Of a stretch of DNA of 14,915 nucleotides, positions 1 through 7,162 are shown piece by piece. Made by a program: the position numbers and the translations under genes. Source of the stretch: a virus (taxonomy: Duplodnaviria > Heunggongvirae > Uroviricota > Caudoviricetes); IMG/VR virus record IMGVR_UViG_2537562091_000005. One strand, written 5' to 3'. The notes under the pieces were generated by a model. It made no database searches. It was given only the letters and a program-made list of their open reading frames with translations, and had not been told where the DNA came from. Position 1 is the first letter of the stretch. The number at the start of each line of letters is the position of its first letter.

Positions 1-1236
1 CTACGATAACCGCGCATTCAACATGGCTATCTGTTCGTCGTTCATGTCATCAATCCACATACCGTAAATTTCATACACCATCTGCGCAGTTTCATGCCCC
101 ATTTGGCTGGCTATAAATGCCGGGTTCGCTCCTACCGTCAACAGCCAGCAGGCAAAAGTATGCCGCGTATGGTACGGATTACGGCGGCGAATACCAGCAC
201 GTTTTACTGCTGCATTCCACCTTGCCCCCAAACTGCTTACCGAGTAATAAGGTTTTTGTTTTCCGTTACACACCCTGGGCATGAAAACAAAATGCAGTTT
301 TTGCTTTTCGGTTCTGCCGTACTCCCGATGATAAAAGGTGATTTCGCTTTTGCGATGATGCCCGGTCAGTTTGTATTGCTCCTTCAGTGCTTCAAGAGCA
401 GGCTGCAGTAGTGTTACTGTTCGGATCCCGGCATTTGTTTTTGGGGGACCGAACATATCAAGTATCGTCAGGTTTCTTCTGACATTCACTATTCCCTTTT
501 CGAGATCCACATCCTCCCACGCCAGAGCTGCCAGTTCCCCGTGACGAAGTCCTGAGTAAACGGCAAATTTCCACAAGTTCTGGCTCTGTCCTTTTTCACT
601 TTCCATTAATGCATTGAATTCTGTTTTAGATAACGGATCAGGCTTTATTCTGTTTCGCTGTAATTTTTTTACTCCTTCAAATGGTTTGGTTGATATAAAT
701 CCCGACTGATACGCAAAACGCAACAGCGAACAGAGCAGGGCGATATAGTTATCAACTGTGCGCACGGTTCTTCCTTTTTTGTTGGATCTTGGATTATCCA
801 GGTAAAGCGTTTCTCCATGCAGCAGTTCATTCCGGTAGTTTAAGATATCGCTATAACGAATATGTGATATCGGGGTACTTTCACAAATTATTATTCTGAG
901 TGTTTTTAATTGTGATTTCGTTTTCTTCATTGTGTTTGTTGTTAACTCTGTCTCTTTAATTTTTGTCCAGATATCACAAAGCTCTCCGAACGTTTTTATG
1001 ACTCTCGTTGTCACCATTTTTGCCCCAGTGCTGGACTGGGGAAAACGTCTTAAATACTCAAATTCACCGGAGTTTATTTCATGAACTATCAGCGCTCTTA
1101 AATTTCCGGCCTTTTTAATATTACTGTTTGTAATCTCCCAGCCTTTTAATGTTTCCCGACATCGTTTTCCTCGAAACATGAACCAGATGCGAATGTATCT
1201 ACCTCTAATCTCGACACCTGTTGGTAATTTAGACAT
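1..1236 (-). CDS. intR: Tyrosine-type site-specific integrase (lambdoid, Rac IntR-like), 411 aa
   Basis: Complete minus-strand ORF (ATG at 1236..1234, stop at 3..1). N-terminus MSKLPTGVEIRGRYIRIWF and C-terminal R..H..R..Y catalytic region (HTRHTFACWLL) fit phage integrases; recognised from memory as Rac IntR. Low-GC composition. Start lies 1 nt downstream of the xis stop (coupled int-xis pair). Confidence 0.9.
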   Translation of the reverse strand: MSKLPTGVEIRGRYIRIWFMFRGKRCRETLKGWEITNSNIKKAGNLRALIVHEINSGEFEYLRRFPQSSTGAKMVTTRVIKTFGELCDIWTKIKETELTTNTMKKTKSQLKTLRIIICESTPISHIRYSDILNYRNELLHGETLYLDNPRSNKKGRTVRTVDNYIALLCSLLRFAYQSGFISTKPFEGVKKLQRNRIKPDPLSKTEFNALMESEKGQSQNLWKFAVYSGLRHGELAALAWEDVDLEKGIVNVRRNLTILDMFGPPKTNAGIRTVTLLQPALEALKEQYKLTGHHRKSEITFYHREYGRTEKQKLHFVFMPRVCNGKQKPYYSVSSLGARWNAAVKRAGIRRRNPYHTRHTFACWLLTVGANPAFIASQMGHETAQMVYEIYGMWIDDMNDEQIAMLNARLS

Positions 1237-1237
1237 A

Positions 1238-1453
1238 TCATGAGTCTTTGATAAACTGATTTATCTTTGGATAGTTGTACCAGATAATCCCTCGTTTGCT
1301 GTCTGGCTTACCTAAAGGAGATACTCGTTTGAAGTGGAAGCCCTCCACCCAACAGTTCTGGCGGTATGCTTCAATTTGTCTGGCCCCCAGACCAGTGCGA
1401 AGCATCAGGCCGTATTCAACCATCCACTCTTCATTAAAGATTACTTGTGCCAT
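1238..1453 (-). CDS. xisR: Excisionase-like protein (XisR/YdaQ-like), 71 aa from the ATG with a Shine-Dalgarno (SD); ORF track extends to 1477
   Basis: Small ORF directly upstream of int on the same strand. The second in-frame ATG ([10 protein letters not shown]...) is preceded by GAGGTG with a 5-nt spacer, so I prefer 1453 as the start; the upstream ATG at 1477 has no SD. Position and size match an excisionase. Function is inferred from synteny and memory. Confidence 0.65.
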   Translation of the reverse strand: MAQVIFNEEWMVEYGLMLRTGLGARQIEAYRQNCWVEGFHFKRVSPLGKPDSKRGIIWYNYPKINQFIKDS

Positions 1454-1531
1454 CGCATCACCTCTGGCAGGCGCCAATGTTAGACTGAAATTGACGCCCG
1501 ATGTTGATTATTCATAATCAGCTATGAAGTT

Positions 1532-1741
1532 TTAATTTGAATACAATGCAATTCTCGAGGACTGAAGTTTCTCGCAATTAAAATTTATCAGTTTTACTTT
1601 CTGCTCTCTGGAAACGCCTGCTTCTTTTTTACCTGAGAGCATTTTTTCGCATTCTGATTTCGTTAGTTTAGATTTTGAATATCTTGTCCAGTTAGTAGGA
1701 GTGCCACCTTCCTTTTCAATAGTGGCGGTAATTTTATACAT
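1532..1741 (-). CDS. ydaC: Small prophage protein (YdaC-like, 69 aa), function unknown
   Basis: Minus-strand ORF; the preferred start (MYKITATIEKEGG...) has GGAGG 5 nt upstream, and the longer 93-aa version starts without an SD. The int-xis-ydaC order matches the Rac left arm as I remember it. The symbol rests on synteny, not verified homology. Confidence 0.5.
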   Translation of the reverse strand: MYKITATIEKEGGTPTNWTRYSKSKLTKSECEKMLSGKKEAGVSREQKVKLINFNCEKLQSSRIALYSN

Positions 1742-1995
1742 GAACACCTCCATTATTATTTCCAGTGGTTCGTTTATTCCATCTTTCGAGTGCTTCTTTT
1801 TCACTTCCACCATAACCGGTTCGGGATTCGCATCCGTTACCCTGGAACGCCGTGCATTACTGGCGGCGCAGGAAGCGTTAAGTACGGCAATTGATGCGCA
1901 TGATGATGCAGTCCAAGCCGTTTACCGGAAAGCGCATTTCAGCGGCGGCGGTTCTCCTAGCGATTCTGTCGTAGTGCATTGATTGAAATTAATCG

Positions 1996-2017
1996 TACCG
2001 AACTGTTTTGTTCGGTA
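1996..2017. promoter_or_regulatory. Inverted repeat TACCGAAC-N6-GTTCGGTA upstream of the ydaW-like gene (operator or weak terminator candidate)
   Basis: Perfect 8-bp arms (1996..2003 and 2010..2017) with a 6-nt loop, seen directly. No clean U-run on either strand, so an operator or RNA structure is more likely than an intrinsic terminator. A TTGAAA -35-like hexamer lies at 1984..1989. Confidence 0.3.
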
Positions 2018-2027
2018 TCAGTTAAAT

Positions 2028-2445
2028 GTAACGCTGCGAGCGTTACAAGGTGAAAACAAATGGCTTCAAACTGGATAAAGCTCGAAGTTATTACGCCGGA
2101 TAAGCCGGAAATATTCAGGCTTGCTGAGATTCTGAATATTGATCCAGATGCCGCATTAGGGAAAGTCATTCGCTTCTGGGCATGGGCGGATCAACAAATG
2201 ATAGACGGTAACGCAGAGTGTAACGCTCGCGGCGTTACAAAAAGTGCAATAGATCGCATCACTTTTATGGCTGGTTTTGCTGATGCGTTAATTCAGGTTG
2301 GATGGCTGGTCGAAACTAATGGTGTGTTGTCGCTTCCTAACTTTGAGCGCCATAACGGGAAAAGCTCTAAAAAACGGGCGGTTACAAACGAGAGAGTAAC
2401 AAAAATACGAGAACTGAAACGAAAAGGTAACGCTGCCAGCGTTAC
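2028..2445. repeat. Dispersed family of 19-bp perfect palindromes GTAACGCT-N-AGCGTTAC, each followed by an A-run
   Basis: Seen directly: 2028..2046 GTAACGCTGCGAGCGTTAC; 2220..2238 GTAACGCTCGCGGCGTTAC (extra half-site GTAACGC at 2209..2215); 2427..2445 GTAACGCTGCCAGCGTTAC; degenerate copy GTTAC-N10-GTAAC at 2381..2400. Copy 1 ends 1 nt upstream of the SD of the ydaW-like gene (2047..2053); the others lie inside its coding sequence in the same codon phase (encoding N-A-x-x-V-T-K). Confidence 0.7.
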
Positions 2446-2563
2446 AAAAACGGATCAAAAAGCGTTATCTGCATCATCGTCTGCCTGTCATGGGCTGTTA
2501 ATCATTACCGTGATAACGCCACCGCCTACAAAGAGCAGCGCGACAAAAATGCCAGAGAACTGA
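2060..2563 (+). CDS. Phage protein, YdaW-like N-terminal fragment; last ~30 codons are out-of-frame Rz sequence (pseudogene-like fusion)
   Basis: ATG at 2060 with SD AAGGTGA 6 nt upstream. The N-terminal ~130 aa ([46 protein letters not shown]...) look like a real phage protein, possibly DNA-binding or replication-associated. From about 2461 the ORF reads through the Rz N-terminal region in another frame (ending ...[19 protein letters not shown]), which indicates a deletion fusion. Family assignment is uncertain. Confidence 0.5.
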   Translation: MASNWIKLEVITPDKPEIFRLAEILNIDPDAALGKVIRFWAWADQQMIDGNAECNARGVTKSAIDRITFMAGFADALIQVGWLVETNGVLSLPNFERHNGKSSKKRAVTNERVTKIRELKRKGNAASVTKTDQKALSASSSACHGLLIITVITPPPTKSSATKMPEN

Positions 2564-2895
2564 AGCTGGCGAACGCGGCAATTACTGACATGCAGATGCG
2601 TCAGCGTGATGTTGCTGCGCTCGATGCAAAATACACGAAGGAGTTAGCTGATGCGAAAGCTGAAAATGATGCTCTGCGTGATGATGTTGCCGCTGGTCGT
2701 CGTCGGTTGCACATCAAAGCAGTCTGTCAGTCAGTGCGTGAAGCCACCACCGCCTCCGGCGTGGATAATGCAGCCTCCCCCCGACTGGCAGACACCGCTG
2801 AACGGGATTATTTCACCCTCCGGGAACGACTGGTAATGATGCAGGCCCAACTTGAAGGTGCTCAGCAATACATAACCGAACAGTGTTTAAAGTAA
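2464..2895 (+). pseudogene. rzpR: Rz-like inner-membrane spanin gene, 5'-truncated (start and first ~12 codons lost)
   Basis: The frame open from 2431 translates to ...[102 protein letters not shown]..., which I recognise as lambda Rz from its TM segment onward. There is no start codon upstream of the TM segment; the first ATG (2590) gives a 101-aa product lacking the membrane anchor. Confidence 0.8.
2651..2836 (+). CDS. rzoR: Rz1-like outer-membrane lipoprotein spanin (o-spanin), 61 aa, nested in the +1 frame of Rz
   Basis: [24 protein letters not shown]... has a signal peptide with lipobox LVVVGC and a proline-rich mature part ([15 protein letters not shown]), typical of Rz1. SD AAGGAG lies 7 nt upstream of the ATG. 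The embedded arrangement inside Rz is the classical spanin architecture. Confidence 0.85.
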   Translation: MRKLKMMLCVMMLPLVVVGCTSKQSVSQCVKPPPPPAWIMQPPPDWQTPLNGIISPSGNDW

Positions 2896-2981
2896 AATCT
2901 TAACTACAATATGATTCATTTTGATGATTGTTTCATAAGGAACAGTGAAGTAAGATCTAAGAGGAGTTAAATTTTATACAG

Positions 2982-3015
2982 TATAATCATAATATTGCAG
3001 CAAGGTGGTTATAAT
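2982..3015 (+). promoter_or_regulatory. Putative promoter -10 elements upstream of trkG (TATAAT at 2982..2987 and 3010..3015)
   Basis: AT-rich intergenic region with two perfect TATAAT hexamers; no good -35 match. Pattern-based only. Confidence 0.2.
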
Positions 3016-3032
3016 TGAAAGAATATTTAGAT

Positions 3033-4490
3033 ATGAATACATCTCATGTAAGAGTTGTTACTCATATGTGTGGGTTCCTGGTTTGGCTCTATAGTCTTTC
3101 AATGTTGCCACCAATGGTTGTAGCATTGTTTTATAAAGAAAAAAGCCTGTTCGTTTTCTTTATAACTTTCGTTATATTTTTTTGTATTGGTGGCGGAGCG
3201 TGGTATACAACTAAGAAATCTGGCATTCAATTACGTACCCGTGATGGGTTTATTATAATTGTAATGTTTTGGATTTTGTTTTCTGTTATTAGTGCATTCC
3301 CTTTATGGATTGACTCAGAACTTAATTTAACGTTCATTGATGCTCTGTTTGAAGGGGTTTCTGGAATAACAACAACAGGAGCAACTGTAATTGATGATGT
3401 TAGTTCATTACCTCGGGCATATTTGTACTATCGGTCACAGTTAAATTTTATAGGTGGTTTAGGAGTTATTGTTCTGGCGGTTGCTGTATTGCCATTATTG
3501 GGTATTGGTGGTGCAAAGCTTTATCAGTCAGAAATGCCGGGGCCATTTAAGGATGACAAACTCACTCCCCGCCTGGCCGATACGTCACGGACACTGTGGA
3601 TAACTTATTCTTTATTAGGTATTGCTTGTATTGTCTGTTATAGACTTGCAGGAATGCCTTTGTTTGATGCTATTTGTCACGGGATTTCCACAGTTTCGCT
3701 TGGTGGTTTCTCAACTCATAGCGAGAGTATCGGATATTTTAATAACTATTTGGTTGAGCTGGTGGCTGGTTCTTTTTCCCTGCTATCGGCTTTCAACTTC
3801 ACTCTTTGGTATATTGTTATTAGCAGGAAAACGATAAAACCTTTAATCAGAGATATTGAACTTCGTTTCTTTCTGTTAATAGCCTTAGGGGTGATCATTG
3901 TTACCTCTTTCCAGGTCTGGCATATAGGTATGTATGACTTGCATGGAAGTTTTATTCATTCGTTTTTTCTTGCCAGCTCCATGCTCACTGATAATGGTTT
4001 AGCTACGCAGGATTATGCAAGCTGGCCCACGCACACGATAGTGTTTTTGCTGTTGTCAAGTTTCTTTGGGGGATGTATAGGTTCAACTTGTGGTGGAATT
4101 AAGTCACTTCGATTTCTTATACTTTTCAAACAAAGCAAACACGAGATAAATCAGCTTTCTCATCCCAGAGCGTTGTTGAGTGTAAATGTAGGAGGGAAGA
4201 TAGTTACAGATCGTGTAATGAGGTCTGTATGGAGTTTCTTTTTTCTTTATACTCTCTTCACGGTGTTTTTTATACTGGTGTTAAATGGTATGGGATATGA
4301 TTTTCTTACATCATTTGCAACAGTGGCTGCATGTATTAATAATATGGGATTAGGTTTTGGGGCTACTGCATCGTCATTCGGAGTGCTTAATGACATTGCA
4401 AAATATTTAATGTGCATAGCTATGATTCTTGGTCGCCTTGAAATTTATCCTGTTATTATATTGTTTTCAGGTTTTTTTTGGCGCTCCTAA
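3033..4490 (+). CDS. trkG: Trk-system potassium uptake membrane protein TrkG (prophage-encoded moron), 485 aa
   Basis: Polytopic membrane protein (MNTSHVRVVTHMCGFLVWLYSLSMLPPMVVALFYKEK...) with repeated glycine-rich selectivity-filter-like motifs typical of TrkH/TrkG; recognised as Rac TrkG. Markedly AT-rich relative to neighbours. Start ambiguity: ATG 3033 has no SD, whereas in-frame TTG 3015 is preceded by AAGGTGG at a 6-nt spacing. Confidence 0.9.
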   Translation: MNTSHVRVVTHMCGFLVWLYSLSMLPPMVVALFYKEKSLFVFFITFVIFFCIGGGAWYTTKKSGIQLRTRDGFIIIVMFWILFSVISAFPLWIDSELNLTFIDALFEGVSGITTTGATVIDDVSSLPRAYLYYRSQLNFIGGLGVIVLAVAVLPLLGIGGAKLYQSEMPGPFKDDKLTPRLADTSRTLWITYSLLGIACIVCYRLAGMPLFDAICHGISTVSLGGFSTHSESIGYFNNYLVELVAGSFSLLSAFNFTLWYIVISRKTIKPLIRDIELRFFLLIALGVIIVTSFQVWHIGMYDLHGSFIHSFFLASSMLTDNGLATQDYASWPTHTIVFLLLSSFFGGCIGSTCGGIKSLRFLILFKQSKHEINQLSHPRALLSVNVGGKIVTDRVMRSVWSFFFLYTLFTVFFILVLNGMGYDFLTSFATVAACINNMGLGFGATASSFGVLNDIAKYLMCIAMILGRLEIYPVIILFSGFFWRS

Positions 4491-4576
4491 TATATGGCTG
4501 ATTTATAATTGTGAGTTTAATATTATGTTGACTCACTCATTGATCCAATACCTAACTTTACCAGCAACACCTCCGC

Positions 4577-4610
4577 CCCCAGTAGCACTGGCTGCTGGGG
4601 TGCGTTTTAT
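4577..4610 (+). terminator. Possible intrinsic terminator downstream of trkG
   Basis: CCCCAG (4577..4582) pairs with CTGGGG (4595..4600) around a 12-nt loop, followed by TGCGTTTTATT. The long loop makes it a weak candidate. Confidence 0.3.
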
Positions 4611-4627
4611 TCATAAAGCAAGGATGT

Positions 4628-5419
4628 ATGAGCGAGAAATTAAAGATAGTCTATCGCCCATTACAAGAATTGTCACCGTATGCGCACAACGCCAGGACGC
4701 ACAGCCCTGAGCAGGTGGCACAACTGGTAGAAAGTATTAAGCAATTCGGCTGGACTAATCCGGTGCTGATTGACGAAAAGGGCGAAATTATTGCGGGTCA
4801 CGGTCGTGTTATGGCGGCTGAAATGCTCAAAATGGATTCTGTTCCGGTCATTGTTCTGTCTGGCCTGACGGATGAGCAGAAAAAGGCGTACCGCCTGGCA
4901 GATAATCGCCTGCCGATGAATGCTGGCTGGGATGAAGATCTGTTGCGGATGGAGCTGTCGGACCTAATCAATGCTGATTTTGATGTCTCCCTGACAGGCT
5001 TCATCCCGACAGAAATTGATGAACTGTTGACGGATGTTTTGCCCGGTACAGGAAATGAGGAGGAGCCGTATACGACGAAAATTGATACGCCTGTTTATGA
5101 GCCGTCGGGCGGTAAACCGGATATCAGTGAACTGTACGACGATACGAAAACGCAGGAGCTGATCAGCCGGATACGTTCGGCTTCCCTTGAGCCTGATATT
5201 GAGAAATTCCTCCTGTGTGCGGCAGAACGTCACACGGTGTTTAATTTCAGCAGAATTGCGGACTATTACGCTCACGCCCCCGCTGAAATTCAGTGTTTTT
5301 TCGAGGAGTCGGCGCTGGTGATCATTGATTATCAGCAGGCTATTGAAAATGGATTTGTCCGGATGACGCAGCGCATGGTGGAGATCATGCATGGTGGTGA
5401 GGAGGAGGAATATGCGTGA
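4628..5419 (+). CDS. ParB-like nuclease N-terminal domain protein (ParB/Srx superfamily), 263 aa
   Basis: N-terminal region IVYRPLQELSPYAHNARTHSPEQVAQLVESIKQFGWTNPVLIDEKGEIIAGHGRVMAA fits the ParB N-terminal fold (conserved NAR..S and GHGR motifs), followed by an acidic C-terminal extension. AGGA lies 3 nt upstream of the ATG. No methyltransferase motifs are visible. Confidence 0.7.
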   Translation: MSEKLKIVYRPLQELSPYAHNARTHSPEQVAQLVESIKQFGWTNPVLIDEKGEIIAGHGRVMAAEMLKMDSVPVIVLSGLTDEQKKAYRLADNRLPMNAGWDEDLLRMELSDLINADFDVSLTGFIPTEIDELLTDVLPGTGNEEEPYTTKIDTPVYEPSGGKPDISELYDDTKTQELISRIRSASLEPDIEKFLLCAAERHTVFNFSRIADYYAHAPAEIQCFFEESALVIIDYQQAIENGFVRMTQRMVEIMHGGEEEEYA

Positions 5420-5498
5420 TGATTTTTGCGCCTTTATTCTGACTCACGGGCGACCGGACAAAGTTCTGACTTACCGAACGTTGCGTCGTGCTGGCTAG
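5412..5498 (+). pseudogene. 28-codon gene stub (MRDDFCAFILTHGRPDKVLTYRTLRRAG) with strong SD, likely remnant 5' end of a deleted or frameshifted gene
   Basis: ATG at 5412 is preceded by GGAGGAGGAA and overlaps the ParB-like stop (5417..5419), a coupled arrangement. It stops after 28 codons at TAG 5496..5498. The long capsid ORF is in a different frame. Confidence 0.3.
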
Positions 5499-6544
5499 CA
5501 AAAAACGCAAAAGCTGACGCCGCAGCAAAAGATCAGACGGTAACCGCGCCAGTTGCGCCTGAGGCGAAAACCGAAGATATCGTACCGGGGCCGTCAGCTC
5601 CGAATACCGGTGATCAAAATATTGGCACTGTTGATGTGAAAATTACTAAATCCAAAATGGCACCGGTTAAATGGAATGGTGAAGAACAACTGGCTCTTGG
5701 CCCTTCAGGGACTTACAACACCATTCTGGCTGATCAGTTTAAGCAGGCTTTTCGCGCCCTTGCAAACGAGGTTGAGGCTGATCTTGGTGCGTTGTATTTC
5801 GGTGCTTCCCGCGCCGTGGGAACCGCAGGGACAACGCCGTTTGGTGTTAAAGATGATCTTTCTGATGCTGCTCTGGCTCGTCAGGTTCTGGAGGATAACG
5901 GCGCACCGACAACCGATCTGCAGATGGTGCTTGGCTCCAGTGCCATTGCTAATTTGCGCGGAAAACAGTCTGTACTGTTTAAAGTGAATGAATCCGGCAC
6001 TGAACAGCTACTGCGTGAGGGCGTGTTGGGGCGTCTGGAGGGATTCAATATTCACAGTTCGGCAGGTGTAAAACGAGCGCCAAAGGTTGCTGCAACTGGT
6101 TATCTCGTGAATGGCGAGAAAAAAGAAGGCGATGTTCTTATTTCCATTGATACTGGTTCGGGGAGTATTTCTGCAGGTCAGATTGTTACGTTCGCTGGCG
6201 ATCCGAATCAGTATGTTGTGGCAGCAGCGACCAGCAATCTGATTACTCTTGCAGCGCCCGGACTGCGTCAGGATCTGGCCGATGATACTGCAATCACAGT
6301 TGTTGGCTCCTTTACTGCAAATATGGCGTTTGATCGCAACGCGTTTCTGCTGGCATCCCGTACTCCGGCAATGCCGGAAGGTGGCGATAATGCTGATGAT
6401 GTAATGAATGTTACGGACCCGATTTCAGGGATTACGTTCCAGATTGCACTGTATCGTCAGTATCGCCAGGTGCGCTATGAAGTTGGACTGGCATGGGGTG
6501 TTTCATCAGTGAAGCCGGCACATGGTTGTCTGATTCTTGGTTAA
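5426..6544 (+). CDS. Phage major capsid protein, P22-coat-like family; 5' end appears damaged (no ATG or SD in frame until codon 78)
   Basis: 372-codon frame with segments resembling P22 coat protein from memory (FRALANEVEADLG vs P22 ARKLANNVELKVA; GQIVTFAGD insertion-domain-like region; C-terminal GLAWGVSS). The frame opens at 5423 after a TGA; the only early starts are TTG 5426 (17 nt from the SD) and unsupported GTG 5636 and ATG 5657. Probably a pseudogene or frameshifted gene. Confidence 0.5.
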   Translation: MRLYSDSRATGQSSDLPNVASCWLAKNAKADAAAKDQTVTAPVAPEAKTEDIVPGPSAPNTGDQNIGTVDVKITKSKMAPVKWNGEEQLALGPSGTYNTILADQFKQAFRALANEVEADLGALYFGASRAVGTAGTTPFGVKDDLSDAALARQVLEDNGAPTTDLQMVLGSSAIANLRGKQSVLFKVNESGTEQLLREGVLGRLEGFNIHSSAGVKRAPKVAATGYLVNGEKKEGDVLISIDTGSGSISAGQIVTFAGDPNQYVVAAATSNLITLAAPGLRQDLADDTAITVVGSFTANMAFDRNAFLLASRTPAMPEGGDNADDVMNVTDPISGITFQIALYRQYRQVRYEVGLAWGVSSVKPAHGCLILG

Positions 6545-6554
6545 ACATTCAAAC

Positions 6555-6576
6555 GGGGCTTCGGCCCCATTTTTAA
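6555..6576 (+). terminator. Intrinsic terminator immediately downstream of the capsid gene
   Basis: GGGGC (6555..6559), TTCG tetraloop, GCCCC (6564..6568), then ATTTTTAA, beginning 11 nt after the capsid stop. Confidence 0.6.
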
Positions 6577-6586
6577 TGGAGGGCAT

Positions 6587-6763
6587 ATGGCCGGATTAAC
6601 TAAAGAGCAAAGAGCACAGCGTGAAGCCGCACAAAAAACGCAAATTGAGTTAGTGGTTATGGTGACCGATTATCAGATGTTTCCCGGCGCACCAACTATC
6701 GCTAATGTTCATCCTGATGAAGTTGACAACTGGAAGGCTATGGGCTGGAAAACTCAGGAGTAA
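6587..6763 (+). CDS. Small hypothetical phage protein, 58 aa (not in ORF track)
   Basis: ATG 6587 preceded by GGAGG (4-nt spacer); translation MAGLTKEQRAQREAAQKTQIELVVMVTDYQMFPGAPTIANVHPDEVDNWKAMGWKTQE; stop TAA 6761..6763, 3 nt before the next gene start. It fills the capsid-connector gap with gene-like spacing. Confidence 0.45.
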   Translation: MAGLTKEQRAQREAAQKTQIELVVMVTDYQMFPGAPTIANVHPDEVDNWKAMGWKTQE

Positions 6764-6766
6764 CAC

Positions 6767-7162
6767 ATGATCACTTACGTGACCTGTGATGACGTTGATA
6801 ATGCGTTTGGGAACGCCTGGACGAGTGAGAACGCTAAAAATAAAGCTGTTTTAATGGCTAATGCCTGGCTTAATGGCTTCAACCTGAAAATTAACCCATC
6901 CCGTATTCCGGAAGAGGTAAAACTTGCGGGAGCATATGCAGCCAGAATTGCCTCATTCGGTAAGTTGTTTCAGCAGAAAAATGATTCTGGCGTTGTTATC
7001 AGTAAAGCCGTGTCGGCTGACGGGGTCAGTGTATCGAAATCATTTGCTGAGTTGCCATCAAACAGCACTGTATTGCTTGAACCCGATTTACAGCTTGCGA
7101 TAGCACTGCTGAAACCGTACGGACTTAGTCGCTCACAAGTCAGGGTTGTGAGGGGGGGATAA
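6767..7162 (+). CDS. Putative head-tail connector / head completion protein (gp6-like), 131 aa
   Basis: Compact ORF following the capsid gene; assignment rests on position in the head-completion cassette and size, with no confident motif. Confidence 0.45.
   Translation: MITYVTCDDVDNAFGNAWTSENAKNKAVLMANAWLNGFNLKINPSRIPEEVKLAGAYAARIASFGKLFQQKNDSGVVISKAVSADGVSVSKSFAELPSNSTVLLEPDLQLAIALLKPYGLSRSQVRVVRGG

Noticed and set aside
94-411. Plus-strand ORFs antisense to int and xis (94..411 and 1275..1517)
   Set aside because: Antisense to well-supported integrase and excisionase genes, with no translation signals.
1701-1982. 93-aa plus-strand ORF as an intact gene
   Set aside because: Its 5' half is antisense to the ydaC-like gene and there is no credible start; only the 3' portion (about 1838..1982) looks like a coding remnant, which is treated as a finding.
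4429-4710. 93-aa plus-strand ORF spanning the trkG end and ParB-like start
   Set aside because: It overlaps two better-supported genes in another frame and has no SD; most likely spurious.
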